Below are positions 28,512-37,749 of a stretch of DNA of 64,000 nt, one piece after another. Made by a program: the position numbers and the translations under genes. Origin of the DNA: Dehalococcoidia bacterium (lineage in GTDB: Bacteria > Chloroflexota > Dehalococcoidia > GIF9 > UBA5629); contig JBEKIW010000001.1 in the NCBI GenBank assembly GCA_050011565.1, forward strand, positions 480,001-544,000. Reading direction: 5' to 3'. Position 1 is the first letter of the stretch, and each line of letters begins with the position of its first letter. Below the pieces are notes generated by a model. It was not told where the DNA came from, searched no databases, and saw only the letters and a list, made by a program, of their open reading frames with translations.

Positions 28512-29321
28512 ATGGCTAGCCAAATGGATAAGCTAACACAAGCGCAACAGGCTAAGAATACCATAGAATCTTTTCTTAAGTTGTTCAATGAATATGCTGA
28601 CGAAATCTTTGGTGAAAGAAGAAGAGACCGTCTTGACAACCTCCGGACAAAATTGCAGCAACTATCACCTAAAGTAACTGGGCTAGTGTTAGAAATAGTG
28701 GGTAACGGAGCAGTCAGCACAGGCGGCACATACGGCGTCGCATCTCAAGCAATCTCTCACGGAGCTTTGCTTCTCACTGCGCTGATGGGTGGGCATAATG
28801 AGACGAAATACAATTTCTATGAGTTTAAGGCACCTGTGACGGCGTTGTTGAACACAGCTCTTGGAACAATAGAGGCAGGAATTTGGCCTCGGGAAGAGCC
28901 TAATCCCATATTAGTTATTAAGGATAGTGGACTTCGGAGCCGTTGTCTGGACCTGCTGAGGGCTCCGACAGCATATGACAGAGTGATTCGAGAAGCAACA
29001 ACTATTTTAGAAGACCGCATCCGGAGCAAGCCATCACATGCAACATTGGCTCGCTTGATTCCTCAAGCTAATGACCAGGTTGGTGAAAATCTTGTGAATA
29101 AGTTATTTTCACCCGACAATCCCGTTTTGGTGGTCAGTAGTGAAAGACAGAAACAGGCCTCATTTCATCGTATAATGCTTGGCGTATTTTCTTATCTCAG
29201 AAATCCATACCACCATAAACTTGACCCCGTTACGGAATGGTCATGGGCATGGTCTACTGTCGGTCTAATAGATAGGTTGTTGGCAGAGATTGAAGGGTGT
29301 TCTGTGAATGAGCGAATATAG
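28512..29321 (+). CDS. TIGR02391 (Ymh-like) family protein
   Basis: IREA...LEDRIR, G.NLV..LFS and G.F..LRNP.HH motifs. Confidence 0.75.
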   Translation: MASQMDKLTQAQQAKNTIESFLKLFNEYADEIFGERRRDRLDNLRTKLQQLSPKVTGLVLEIVGNGAVSTGGTYGVASQAISHGALLLTALMGGHNETKYNFYEFKAPVTALLNTALGTIEAGIWPREEPNPILVIKDSGLRSRCLDLLRAPTAYDRVIREATTILEDRIRSKPSHATLARLIPQANDQVGENLVNKLFSPDNPVLVVSSERQKQASFHRIMLGVFSYLRNPYHHKLDPVTEWSWAWSTVGLIDRLLAEIEGCSVNERI

Positions 29322-29368
29322 GTATTCGTAAGACTAAACAATAAGCCAAAAGGTGTTTTCTTATTCCC

Positions 29369-29608
29369 TCAGCCGACCCGGATGCATAGGCAGGTAACCG
29401 TTCTATTGATGCCTGAGATATTATGTATCTTTGTAGCAACAACGTTACCTATGGTGTTAAGGTCGGCTCCTTCAATCGTGACAATAATGTCATAGGGTCC
29501 AGTCACTGTGTCAACGCTCTTTATCGCCGCTAGTTTTTGCAAAGCACTAAAGACTTCTTTGGTCTTACCCACTGCTGTTTCAATTAGGGCAAAAGCCTTT
29601 GCTTCCAT
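29369..29608 (-). CDS. Stand-alone Lrp/AsnC ligand-binding (RAM) domain protein
   Basis: KAFALIE...VTGPYDIIV...I..I.GI.RTVT; SD GGCGAGGT before ATG 29608. Confidence 0.85.
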   Translation of the reverse strand: MEAKAFALIETAVGKTKEVFSALQKLAAIKSVDTVTGPYDIIVTIEGADLNTIGNVVATKIHNISGINRTVTCLCIRVG

Positions 29609-30078
29609 ACTACCTCGCCTCCTTGATTGTGATAACTTGCTATTTCCAGTTGATACGCTATTATGGCCCCATTTACTGGACAAATGCAATGGTGATATGT
29701 CTCATGACTGTTACAAGCCCAAATACTGCAACCCTCGTAATCCATTACAAGCCTTTTGGGCAGGGATTTCAATCGCAAACTCAACATTTCATCGTTTTGT
29801 TACACTCGTTACTAGCCCACCCTGCTGTAGAATTTTGGCTGGACTTTCGCACATCCCCATTGAACACCAAGGGGAAGGATAGCTTCTTCAGCCCTGACCC
29901 CAACTGAATGAAAAAGAGATCATAAAACACATGGGCGTAATTCACAGTAACGCCAACTCCAACGCCAGTTTAGCTACAGCCTACGGTCTAACTACGATGC
30001 AAAACAGCGGTCTACTAGTTCTATGTAATAGTGGAGGGAGGCTTAAAATTACATCGATTATCTGAAAGCAGGCGTGAG

Positions 30079-30122
30079 CAAGGGTCATAAATATTGACCT
30101 TGCCAGTCCTCGATGCTATTTT
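30079..30122 (+). promoter_or_regulatory. Promoter with overlapping inverted-repeat operator
   Basis: TTGACC-17-TATTTT with TG extension; CAAGGGTCA-N7-TGACCTTG overlaps the -35. Confidence 0.5.
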
Positions 30123-30173
30123 GCGTTACAGTCAATCTTTTCACTACAATGAGGCAGTTTTTAGGAGGCAGGA

Positions 30174-31142
30174 ATGACAAAGATCAATACCGTCCTCGGC
30201 ACAGTCCCCGCTGACCGGATGGGACCCACACTAATGCACGAGCACATGGTACTGGCCTACCCGGGATGGGAACATGATGCACTGGCACAACCACTTGATC
30301 TCAAGGAACTAGCAACTACCTGCGCTGAGGCCCTGGGTGAGGTCAAGAAGTATGGGATCAAAACCGTAGTGGACGCCACGCCCTGCGACCTATGGAGGAA
30401 CATAGAGCTTGACAAGATGGTTGCGGAGAAGACCGGGTTGAATATTATCTGCGCCACGGGCATGTACTACGAGGCCGAGGGCATGCCGGCCTATCTCAAG
30501 TTCCGCAGCCAGGTAATGGATATCACGGCTGAACTGCACGAATCTTTCATGCATGAACTTACGGTGGGCATAGGCAAAACTGGTGTAAAAGCCGGTGTAA
30601 TCAAGGTGGCAACGAGCCATGGCTGCATCACTCCTTACGAGGAAAAGGTACTCAAGGCGGCTGCCAAATCCCAAAAAGAGACCGGGGTGCCGATATTGAC
30701 GCATACGCAACAGGGCACTATGGGGTCCGAGCAGGCATCGCTGCTGACGGGCGAAGGTGTGGACCCGAAAAAGGTAGTGATCGGGCACATGTGCGGCAAC
30801 GCCAGCCTGGACTACCAGATGTCGGTGATCGATAAGGGCGTCTACGTCGGCTTCGACCGGTGGGGTATCGATTTACTCTTTCCCGATAACCTGCGCAGGG
30901 CTACGGTGCTTGACTTGCTCAGGCTGGGGTTCGCCGACAGAATTCTGCTCTCTCAGGACTGCAACGCACGTGTCCTGGGGCGGAAATTGGTCATGCCTGA
31001 TTCCATACAGGCACTCCTCGCCAACTGGTCTTATACCCATATATTCAAGAACATCATCCCGCAGCTTAAACAGGCTGGAGTGACCGATGCACAGGTAGGC
31101 CAGATGCTGGTGGAGAACCCAAAGAGGATCTTCGGCGGGTAA
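30174..31142 (+). CDS. Phosphotriesterase-family amidohydrolase (PTE/lactonase-like)
   Basis: TLMHEH, ATG.Y, GVIK, TH, GH, LSQD and NP.R.F motifs. Confidence 0.9.
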   Translation: MTKINTVLGTVPADRMGPTLMHEHMVLAYPGWEHDALAQPLDLKELATTCAEALGEVKKYGIKTVVDATPCDLWRNIELDKMVAEKTGLNIICATGMYYEAEGMPAYLKFRSQVMDITAELHESFMHELTVGIGKTGVKAGVIKVATSHGCITPYEEKVLKAAAKSQKETGVPILTHTQQGTMGSEQASLLTGEGVDPKKVVIGHMCGNASLDYQMSVIDKGVYVGFDRWGIDLLFPDNLRRATVLDLLRLGFADRILLSQDCNARVLGRKLVMPDSIQALLANWSYTHIFKNIIPQLKQAGVTDAQVGQMLVENPKRIFGG

Positions 31143-31210
31143 TTATTATTGGTTGCGTGAGTGTGGGGCGATTACACGACCCTATCTAAGTTTAACTAAT
31201 CCGTTAAAAA

Positions 31211-31675
31211 TTAACTCCGGCTGGGCAGTACAACGGTAGCCGTGCCCGGAGTCGTCACCTCGCCCTTGCCGTTTTCAATCCAGATATCGCAGTCCACGTA
31301 ATGCTGGCCACCCTCGTCGTATTTTTTTGTCACCTTCCCCTTGCAGTGCCAGGTATCACCCTCCTCGGGTGTAAACGGTGTCGCCATTTTGCGCGGCCAG
31401 TCCATCGCCCGGTAGCTACAGGAGAACTTCCTAAGCATCCCCTGCTCGCCCATCCAGTCGGTCATTAGCTGGACCAGCCACTGGCGTTTTAAGGCACCGT
31501 GGACAATCGGGCTGCCCACTCCCTGAGAAGCCGCAAAGGCGGCATCGTAGTGAAGCGGGTTGAAGTCTCCCGAAGCGCCAGCCCATTTAACCAGCATCAG
31601 GGTGGTAGCTACTTTAGGTAACGGCGTTACCTCATCGTTGACATTAACATCTTCCCAGAATTTCTGCTTTACCAT
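31211..31675 (-). CDS. MaoC-family dehydratase, catalytic subunit
   Basis: AGASGDFNPLHYD...HG hydratase-2 motif. Confidence 0.88.
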   Translation of the reverse strand: MVKQKFWEDVNVNDEVTPLPKVATTLMLVKWAGASGDFNPLHYDAAFAASQGVGSPIVHGALKRQWLVQLMTDWMGEQGMLRKFSCSYRAMDWPRKMATPFTPEEGDTWHCKGKVTKKYDEGGQHYVDCDIWIENGKGEVTTPGTATVVLPSRS

Positions 31676-31702
31676 CTATTTCCTCCTGAAAGTGATGGGG
31701 AT

Positions 31703-32203
31703 TTAGCGATAAATCGCAGTGGCACGCGCCATAGCTGCCAGCTCGTTACTCTGATTATGATAAGCCGTCTCGATAATCATGAAAGCCATCTTGCCTGTTT
31801 TGCCTTCCCGCTCACGGATGTCTTTAATGAAGGATTTGGCTGTCAGAACGTCACCGGCGCGTACCGGCCGGAAAAATTCGTACTCTATGCCGCCGTCGAC
31901 GACACGCCAGAAGCCGGCTTTCGCCAATGCCGCCCTCAGGTTTTCTGCCACCTCAGGAGGGTCGACTATTTCTGCGGGTGTTTGTAACGTCATACCTCTG
32001 GGCAGCTTTATCGGCCATCCGAAGAAACCAGGCGGCGCAATGATGGAACCGTGACTCGATTTCTCGGCGAATTTTTCGTCCCAGTAAAATGGATTCGGGT
32101 CATCCACGGCATCGGCAAATCTCTTAATAGACCCCTTCTCCACCTCGCAGGCCACAGTGCCGATGCTTTTCCCGATGAATTTGGTTACCTCGTCAGGCAG
32201 CAT
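31703..32203 (-). CDS. MaoC-dehydratase N-terminal-type partner subunit
   Basis: VEKG.I..FA.AV.D.NP.Y, APP.F and EF.RPVRAGD.L motifs. Confidence 0.85.
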   Translation of the reverse strand: MLPDEVTKFIGKSIGTVACEVEKGSIKRFADAVDDPNPFYWDEKFAEKSSHGSIIAPPGFFGWPIKLPRGMTLQTPAEIVDPPEVAENLRAALAKAGFWRVVDGGIEYEFFRPVRAGDVLTAKSFIKDIREREGKTGKMAFMIIETAYHNQSNELAAMARATAIYR

Positions 32204-32412
32204 GTTACACCTCCCTTTTGGAAACTGGAAACCGCAGTAATTTTATGTTTGTAGCTGCCTATTGTCAAAGGTTTTATTAATTTTTCCAGGCTCATATACT
32301 TGGTGCAAATGTATGTTGCGCTAGAATATTATGGTGCACCGCCTATTTATCCCATCCATTGTCGTTAACGGGACCGGTTTCGAGAATTTTTGACAGAAAG
32401 CCTTCGGACCTA

Positions 32413-32474
32413 TTGACAAGGTGTTCGCTTTATGATATTCTCGATAAACCGATTGGTCTAGACCGAGCGTTCAC
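32413..32474 (+). promoter_or_regulatory. tetR promoter with tandem palindromic operators
   Basis: TTGACA-17-TATTCT (TG extended), followed by TAAACCGATTGGTCTA and overlapping TAGACCGAGCGTTCAC. Confidence 0.65.
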
Positions 32475-32499
32475 TCTATAATATTAATTTATTATTAAC

Positions 32500-33123
32500 A
32501 TGCCCACTTCTATAAGAACCTATAGCCAAGATAAGGACTTGGTGAATCTTCGCAGAGAGAAAATTGCGCGATCTGCAACTATGCTTTTTGTCAAGAAGGG
32601 ATATGATAAATCAAATATCCGCGAAATTGCCAGGGTTTGCGGCATGAGCATCGGCACTCTTTACCACTATGTCGGATCAAAATACGACATTCTCAGCCTG
32701 GTTTTTGATTATGTCATGTCTCGTGAGGCACAGTTTGGCGAGATTGTATCCAGCTTTAACACTCTCCCTCCAACTGAAGCCCTCCAAAAGGCCATAGAAG
32801 TTTACTATCGGAATATCCACGAAATTCAAGACATGGTTCTCCTTGGGTATCAAGAATCAAAGAGCTTGCAGCGAGAGGTTCGGGAACGTACTTTTGAACA
32901 AGAGAAAAGTATTAACAGCGAGTTTGAGAAGATATTAGCTAGGGGGTGCGAGACTGGGGAGTTTAAGGTGAGTGATATTACTCTGGCTGCGAATAACATA
33001 AGGGTTATCGGCGATACTTGGGCCTTTAACCGCTGGTTATTGGCAAAACGCTATACCATAGAAGAGTACATAAGAGAACAGACCAATCTTATTCTGGATG
33101 GAATACGTTCTCACAGCCGATAG
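32500..33123 (+). CDS. TetR/AcrR family regulator
   Basis: LF..KGY....IREIA...GMSIGTLYHY..SK HTH. Confidence 0.92.
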   Translation: MPTSIRTYSQDKDLVNLRREKIARSATMLFVKKGYDKSNIREIARVCGMSIGTLYHYVGSKYDILSLVFDYVMSREAQFGEIVSSFNTLPPTEALQKAIEVYYRNIHEIQDMVLLGYQESKSLQREVRERTFEQEKSINSEFEKILARGCETGEFKVSDITLAANNIRVIGDTWAFNRWLLAKRYTIEEYIREQTNLILDGIRSHSR

Positions 33124-33203
33124 CGTAAACGAAGAAGACTCAGAGGGCATAGGCCGTTTACAAATCCGCTCCAAAACTAGCAGAAGTGGAGGAAGGAGCT
33201 AAA

Positions 33204-34817
33204 ATGAACTTTGAGACGAGCGATAAAAATGTGCTTGGTCAGCTGCTAGATGAAAAGGCCGAAAGAAGCAAGGATAAGCCCTTTCTATATTTTGAAGATG
33301 AGAAGATAACCTGCAAAGAAATACGTGAGAGAGTAAATAAGGTTGCAAACGGTTTTGTCCGAATGGGCATTAAGAAAGATGATAAAGTTGCAATCATAAT
33401 GGAGAATTGCCCAGAGTACGTCTATACATGGTTTGCTCTCTCGAAGATTGGTGCTATTGAGGTCCCAATTAACACCTTCCATAAAGGCAGTATTCTTGAA
33501 TATCTAATCAACTATTCCGATGCTGAGACTTTGGTTATAAGTGACAGTGTCATCCCACAGATTAAAGCAATAGAAGACAGTCTGGAAAATATTAAAAAAG
33601 TGATAGTTCACGGATCTACTCGGGAAGCGAGAACTCTGCGCTTCGCTACAGAATCATATCAAACTTTGCTCGATAATCCTTCGTCTTTTCCTCCAATGGA
33701 TGTTCGCCACAACGACTTGATGGCAATCATGTTTACATCCGGGACCACAGGACCATCCAAAGGGGTTATGATAACACACAATCAGGCAATCTTTGTTGCG
33801 AGCCAGTACGTTGACTTTCTTAAATTAAGTGGTGATGACCTCTTCTATCATTATATCCCCTTGTTTCACGAGGCTGGTCAATTTGCAGGGGTGATGGCAC
33901 CCCTGCTTGCCGATATTGCTATAGTATTGAAGAAGGGATTCAGCGCAACCGGCTTTTGGGATGACATTAGAAAATATGGTTGTACTATTTCAGGCATGTT
34001 CGAGGCAGTTCTAAACATACTGTATAAAGCGCCCGAAACGGATGACGATACCAACAATCCTTTGAGGGTATGTGCAACCGCACATATCCCTCCTGACATT
34101 CATGAGCCATTTGAAAAGAGGTTCGGAGTTAGACTGGTCAATGTTTACGGGATGACTGAAGGTGATTGTACGGTGAGCGCAACATACGACGATATCAAGA
34201 TAGGTTCTTTTGGTAAGCCAAGAGGTTATTTTGATGCGAGAATCTTTGATACAGATGATAGGGAGCTTCCATCAAATAAGGTGGGTGAGCTTGCTTTACG
34301 CCCTCTTCAGCCGCACATCATGTTTGAAGGGTACTACAAGATGCCCGAGAACACTTTGGCAACATTCAGAAATCTATGGTGGCATACCGGCGACCTGGCA
34401 TATAAGGATGATGAGGGATATTTCTACTTTTTCGGTAGAGAAAAGGATATGATCAGAAGAGGAGGAGAAAACATCTCTGCCCTCGAGGTTGAAGGGGTGG
34501 TTATGTCACACCCAGATGTAAAGGAATGTGCAGCTGTAGCAGTGGAATCGGACATTTGGGGCGAGGAAGTCAAGATAGTTGTGATACCGAAAGAAGCAAG
34601 GCAAATTAAACCTGAGGAGCTTGTGGCTTACTGTGATGAAAGAATGGCTTACTTTATGGTTCCAAGATATATTGAATTTATAGAAGATTTTCCTAGAACA
34701 GGGGCCAGCCAAAGACCTATAAAAGGTTTGCTTAAAAATATCACGCCAACGACATGGGATAGAGTACGAGCGGGGGTTAAAATTACAAGAGAAAGGGAGA
34801 AGGGAAAGAAAAAGTGA
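33204..34817 (+). CDS. Acyl-CoA synthetase (CaiC-like ATP-dependent CoA ligase)
   Basis: FTSGTTGPSKG, YGMTE, HTGD and R.KDMIRR.GENIS motifs. Confidence 0.9.
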   Translation: MNFETSDKNVLGQLLDEKAERSKDKPFLYFEDEKITCKEIRERVNKVANGFVRMGIKKDDKVAIIMENCPEYVYTWFALSKIGAIEVPINTFHKGSILEYLINYSDAETLVISDSVIPQIKAIEDSLENIKKVIVHGSTREARTLRFATESYQTLLDNPSSFPPMDVRHNDLMAIMFTSGTTGPSKGVMITHNQAIFVASQYVDFLKLSGDDLFYHYIPLFHEAGQFAGVMAPLLADIAIVLKKGFSATGFWDDIRKYGCTISGMFEAVLNILYKAPETDDDTNNPLRVCATAHIPPDIHEPFEKRFGVRLVNVYGMTEGDCTVSATYDDIKIGSFGKPRGYFDARIFDTDDRELPSNKVGELALRPLQPHIMFEGYYKMPENTLATFRNLWWHTGDLAYKDDEGYFYFFGREKDMIRRGGENISALEVEGVVMSHPDVKECAAVAVESDIWGEEVKIVVIPKEARQIKPEELVAYCDERMAYFMVPRYIEFIEDFPRTGASQRPIKGLLKNITPTTWDRVRAGVKITREREKGKKK

Positions 34818-34962
34818 GTCAGTGATATGACTGAATGTTCCTGGGAAAGAAATGTTCAGATATGGGTAGCGCGTTCCAGAATAACACATACTGAAAAAAG
34901 TTACTTTTTGTCAGGGCTATAGGGCAAGCAACACAAAAATATGTTCAGCTAAGGAGGGTGAA

Positions 34963-36114
34963 ATGAAGGCACTTATATTAGGTGGCTGTGGAGTTATGGG
35001 CTCATCGGTCGCTCGAGATCTTATTAAGAGCGATGATATTACGGAAGTTATCCTTGCTGATAGGAGGATAGACATGGCTAAGATGCATAAATCTCTCCAA
35101 AACAGCAAAAAGGTGTCGACACAAACTATAGACGTGGCTGAGTTCAAAGCCTTAGTAAGATTAATAAAGGGGAACGATGTTGTCATCAACTGTGTAGGCC
35201 CATTCTACAAATATGCTATCTCGATTATGAAGGCTACCATAGAAGCAGGTGTCAACTATCTTGATATCATGGATGATTATGACACCACTATTGCTGCTTT
35301 TAAAGAGATGGATCAGCCAGCTAGGAAGGCGGGATTATCTCTTTGCATCGGCTTCGGCAGCAGTCCTGGCTTTGGCAACATAATCGTGAAATACGCTGCT
35401 GATAAACTTGATGAGGTGGATGAGGTTCGTATATTGTGGCTAGGTGCAATAAATGATCCCTCGGGCACAGGAGCGATGGCACATGCTTTCCATTGTCTTA
35501 AAGGCGAGCACCCGCAATACTTAGATGGCAAACTGGTAAATGTCGCTGGATTCGATGGTGAAGAAGAATTTGACTTCGGAGAGCCATACGGTAAGTGTCC
35601 TGTTTATTACTTCGGACATCCTGAGCCAATAACAATTCCCCGCTACATAAAGGGAGTAAAGACGGTGGTTAATAAGGGAGGCTTCCTTCCACTATGGTTC
35701 AATCAACTGATCAAGGAATTAATCGCGCGTGGTTTTGCTGAAGACGAACCTATACTGGTGGGCAGTGCTTCGGTAGTGCCTATAGATTTCGTGACTTCAA
35801 TAATAGGACAATCACCCATCCTTAGAAAGCAGGTGGAGGCATACACAACGGCACCATTTAGTGCTGTTATCAAGGGCAAGGAAGGAAATAAGAATGTAAC
35901 TTATGTCTATAGTTCAGGTGGCGGGGCAATGGCCCCGGGGACTGCAATTCCAGCCTCGATCTGCGCGCAAATGCTAGCCCGCGGCGATATTAAGGTAAAA
36001 GGAGTTGTAGCTCCAGAAGGTTGTATTGACCCTAATGCTTTCTTTAGAGAGTTTGCTAGGAGGGGATTCCGTCTCAGTGAGACAAAGACAGTGACAGAGG
36101 AGATTAAATTTTGA
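34963..36114 (+). CDS. Saccharopine-dehydrogenase-like oxidoreductase 1
   Basis: GGCGVMG Rossmann, GPFY, G..PG, HPEP.T.P and GV..PE motifs. Confidence 0.88.
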   Translation: MKALILGGCGVMGSSVARDLIKSDDITEVILADRRIDMAKMHKSLQNSKKVSTQTIDVAEFKALVRLIKGNDVVINCVGPFYKYAISIMKATIEAGVNYLDIMDDYDTTIAAFKEMDQPARKAGLSLCIGFGSSPGFGNIIVKYAADKLDEVDEVRILWLGAINDPSGTGAMAHAFHCLKGEHPQYLDGKLVNVAGFDGEEEFDFGEPYGKCPVYYFGHPEPITIPRYIKGVKTVVNKGGFLPLWFNQLIKELIARGFAEDEPILVGSASVVPIDFVTSIIGQSPILRKQVEAYTTAPFSAVIKGKEGNKNVTYVYSSGGGAMAPGTAIPASICAQMLARGDIKVKGVVAPEGCIDPNAFFREFARRGFRLSETKTVTEEIKF

Positions 36115-36413
36115 TTAATGGACTATTTAGAAAGTAGATAGGGATAGGAGCAGATTTTTAAGGGGAATCCATGAAGCTGGCAAGAGCAAAATAGATTTTA
36201 GTGAGAGTTAATATAAGAGGAACGTTAGGTCTAGACTCAGACCTGTAACAAAACTAAACAGTCTAAGTAAGAAAAGGTGGGCAGAATCAAGAGTACAAAT
36301 TTAAGGTATATAGGCACTGAGGGCTTTACTGAAAGAAGAAAATTGATCTAGTCAGGTATACAAGAACTAAAAGGGCAAGCGGGGCAGAAATATATTTAGC
36401 CAAGGAGGGTGAA

Positions 36414-37559
36414 ATGAAGGCGCTTGTATTAGGTGGCTGTGGAGTTATGGGCTCATCGGTCGCCAGGGATCTTATCAAGAGCGATATCGTTAAACAAGTC
36501 ATCCTTGCTGACAAGAAGATAGACATGGCTAAGGTGCATGAATCTGTCCGAAACTCCAAGAAAATATCTACACAAACACTCGATGTCACTAATTTTGACG
36601 CATTAGTTAAGGCGATAAGTGGAAATGATGTCGTTATCAATACAGTTGGACCATTCTATAAGTTCAGCACTCAAATCATTAAGGCCGCAATAAGGGCATG
36701 TACAAATTACATTGATATTTGTGATGACTATGATGCAACTAAAGACGCTCTCGCCCTTAATGAATCAGCGATAGAAGCGGGGATCTCTATTTGCATCGGT
36801 TTTGGTGCTGGTCCCGGTGTTAGTAATTTGTTAGCCAAGTATGCTGCTGATAAATTAGACACAGTAGATGAGATTAAGTTTTTTTGGGCGGCCGGACTTA
36901 ATGATCCCGTTGGTTTTAGTGCGTTACTCCACGGAATGCACATGTTTACTGGATTAGTGCCCCAATTCCTAGATGGCAAGCTAGTAAATGTGCCTGCTGG
37001 GTCTGGTGGCGAAGAGGTTGAGTTTGTAGAGCCAACTGGTAAAGCTGAAGTCTATTATGTTGGGCACCCAGAGCCAATAACCTTACCACGCTACATAAAG
37101 GGAGTAAAAACTGTCATTAACAAAGGCGGCGTGCTACCAACGTGGGCAAGCAAAATGATCATGGAATGGGTTGATCGGGGATTCCTTGACCCAGAGCCAC
37201 TCAAGATAGGCGACGTGCCAGTATCACCTCAGGATTTTATGGTGATTATTCTAAAGTCCGCGCCAAAATTTAGGAAGCAAGTGGAAAACTATACAGACGC
37301 GCCAAGCATTATCCTCGTCAAAGGTAAAAAAGGGGATAAAAGCATAACCTACAGTTATAGTTCTGGCGGCCGTCAGGCTGCAGGTACGGGCATTGCATGC
37401 TCAATAGCCTCACAAATGCTTTATCGAGGGGATGTAAAGATAAAAGGTGTGGTGGCACCGGAAGGTGCTTTGGATCCCAAGGCTTATTTTGCCGAGTTCG
37501 CCAAGAGAGGTATGAGGGTTTTCGAGGAAAAGACAGTAGTTGAGGAGGTTAAGTTCTAA
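36414..37559 (+). CDS. Saccharopine-dehydrogenase-like oxidoreductase 2
   Basis: Close tandem paralog of 34963..36114 with the same motifs. Confidence 0.88.
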   Translation: MKALVLGGCGVMGSSVARDLIKSDIVKQVILADKKIDMAKVHESVRNSKKISTQTLDVTNFDALVKAISGNDVVINTVGPFYKFSTQIIKAAIRACTNYIDICDDYDATKDALALNESAIEAGISICIGFGAGPGVSNLLAKYAADKLDTVDEIKFFWAAGLNDPVGFSALLHGMHMFTGLVPQFLDGKLVNVPAGSGGEEVEFVEPTGKAEVYYVGHPEPITLPRYIKGVKTVINKGGVLPTWASKMIMEWVDRGFLDPEPLKIGDVPVSPQDFMVIILKSAPKFRKQVENYTDAPSIILVKGKKGDKSITYSYSSGGRQAAGTGIACSIASQMLYRGDVKIKGVVAPEGALDPKAYFAEFAKRGMRVFEEKTVVEEVKF

Positions 37560-37749
37560 TTAGAGAGCCCCAGATGCGGGGAATCTTGAAAATCGATAAA
37601 GACAAAGATCAAGAAGGCTATCTATAAACAAGAAGTAAGGGTTCATGATTTCTAAGTGATTGCTACAAATGAAGAGGAGGAGAAACATATGGTGGAGTGA
37701 AAACATAGACCGTTCACTAACTTAATACAAAGAAGGGGGTAAAGTAAGT

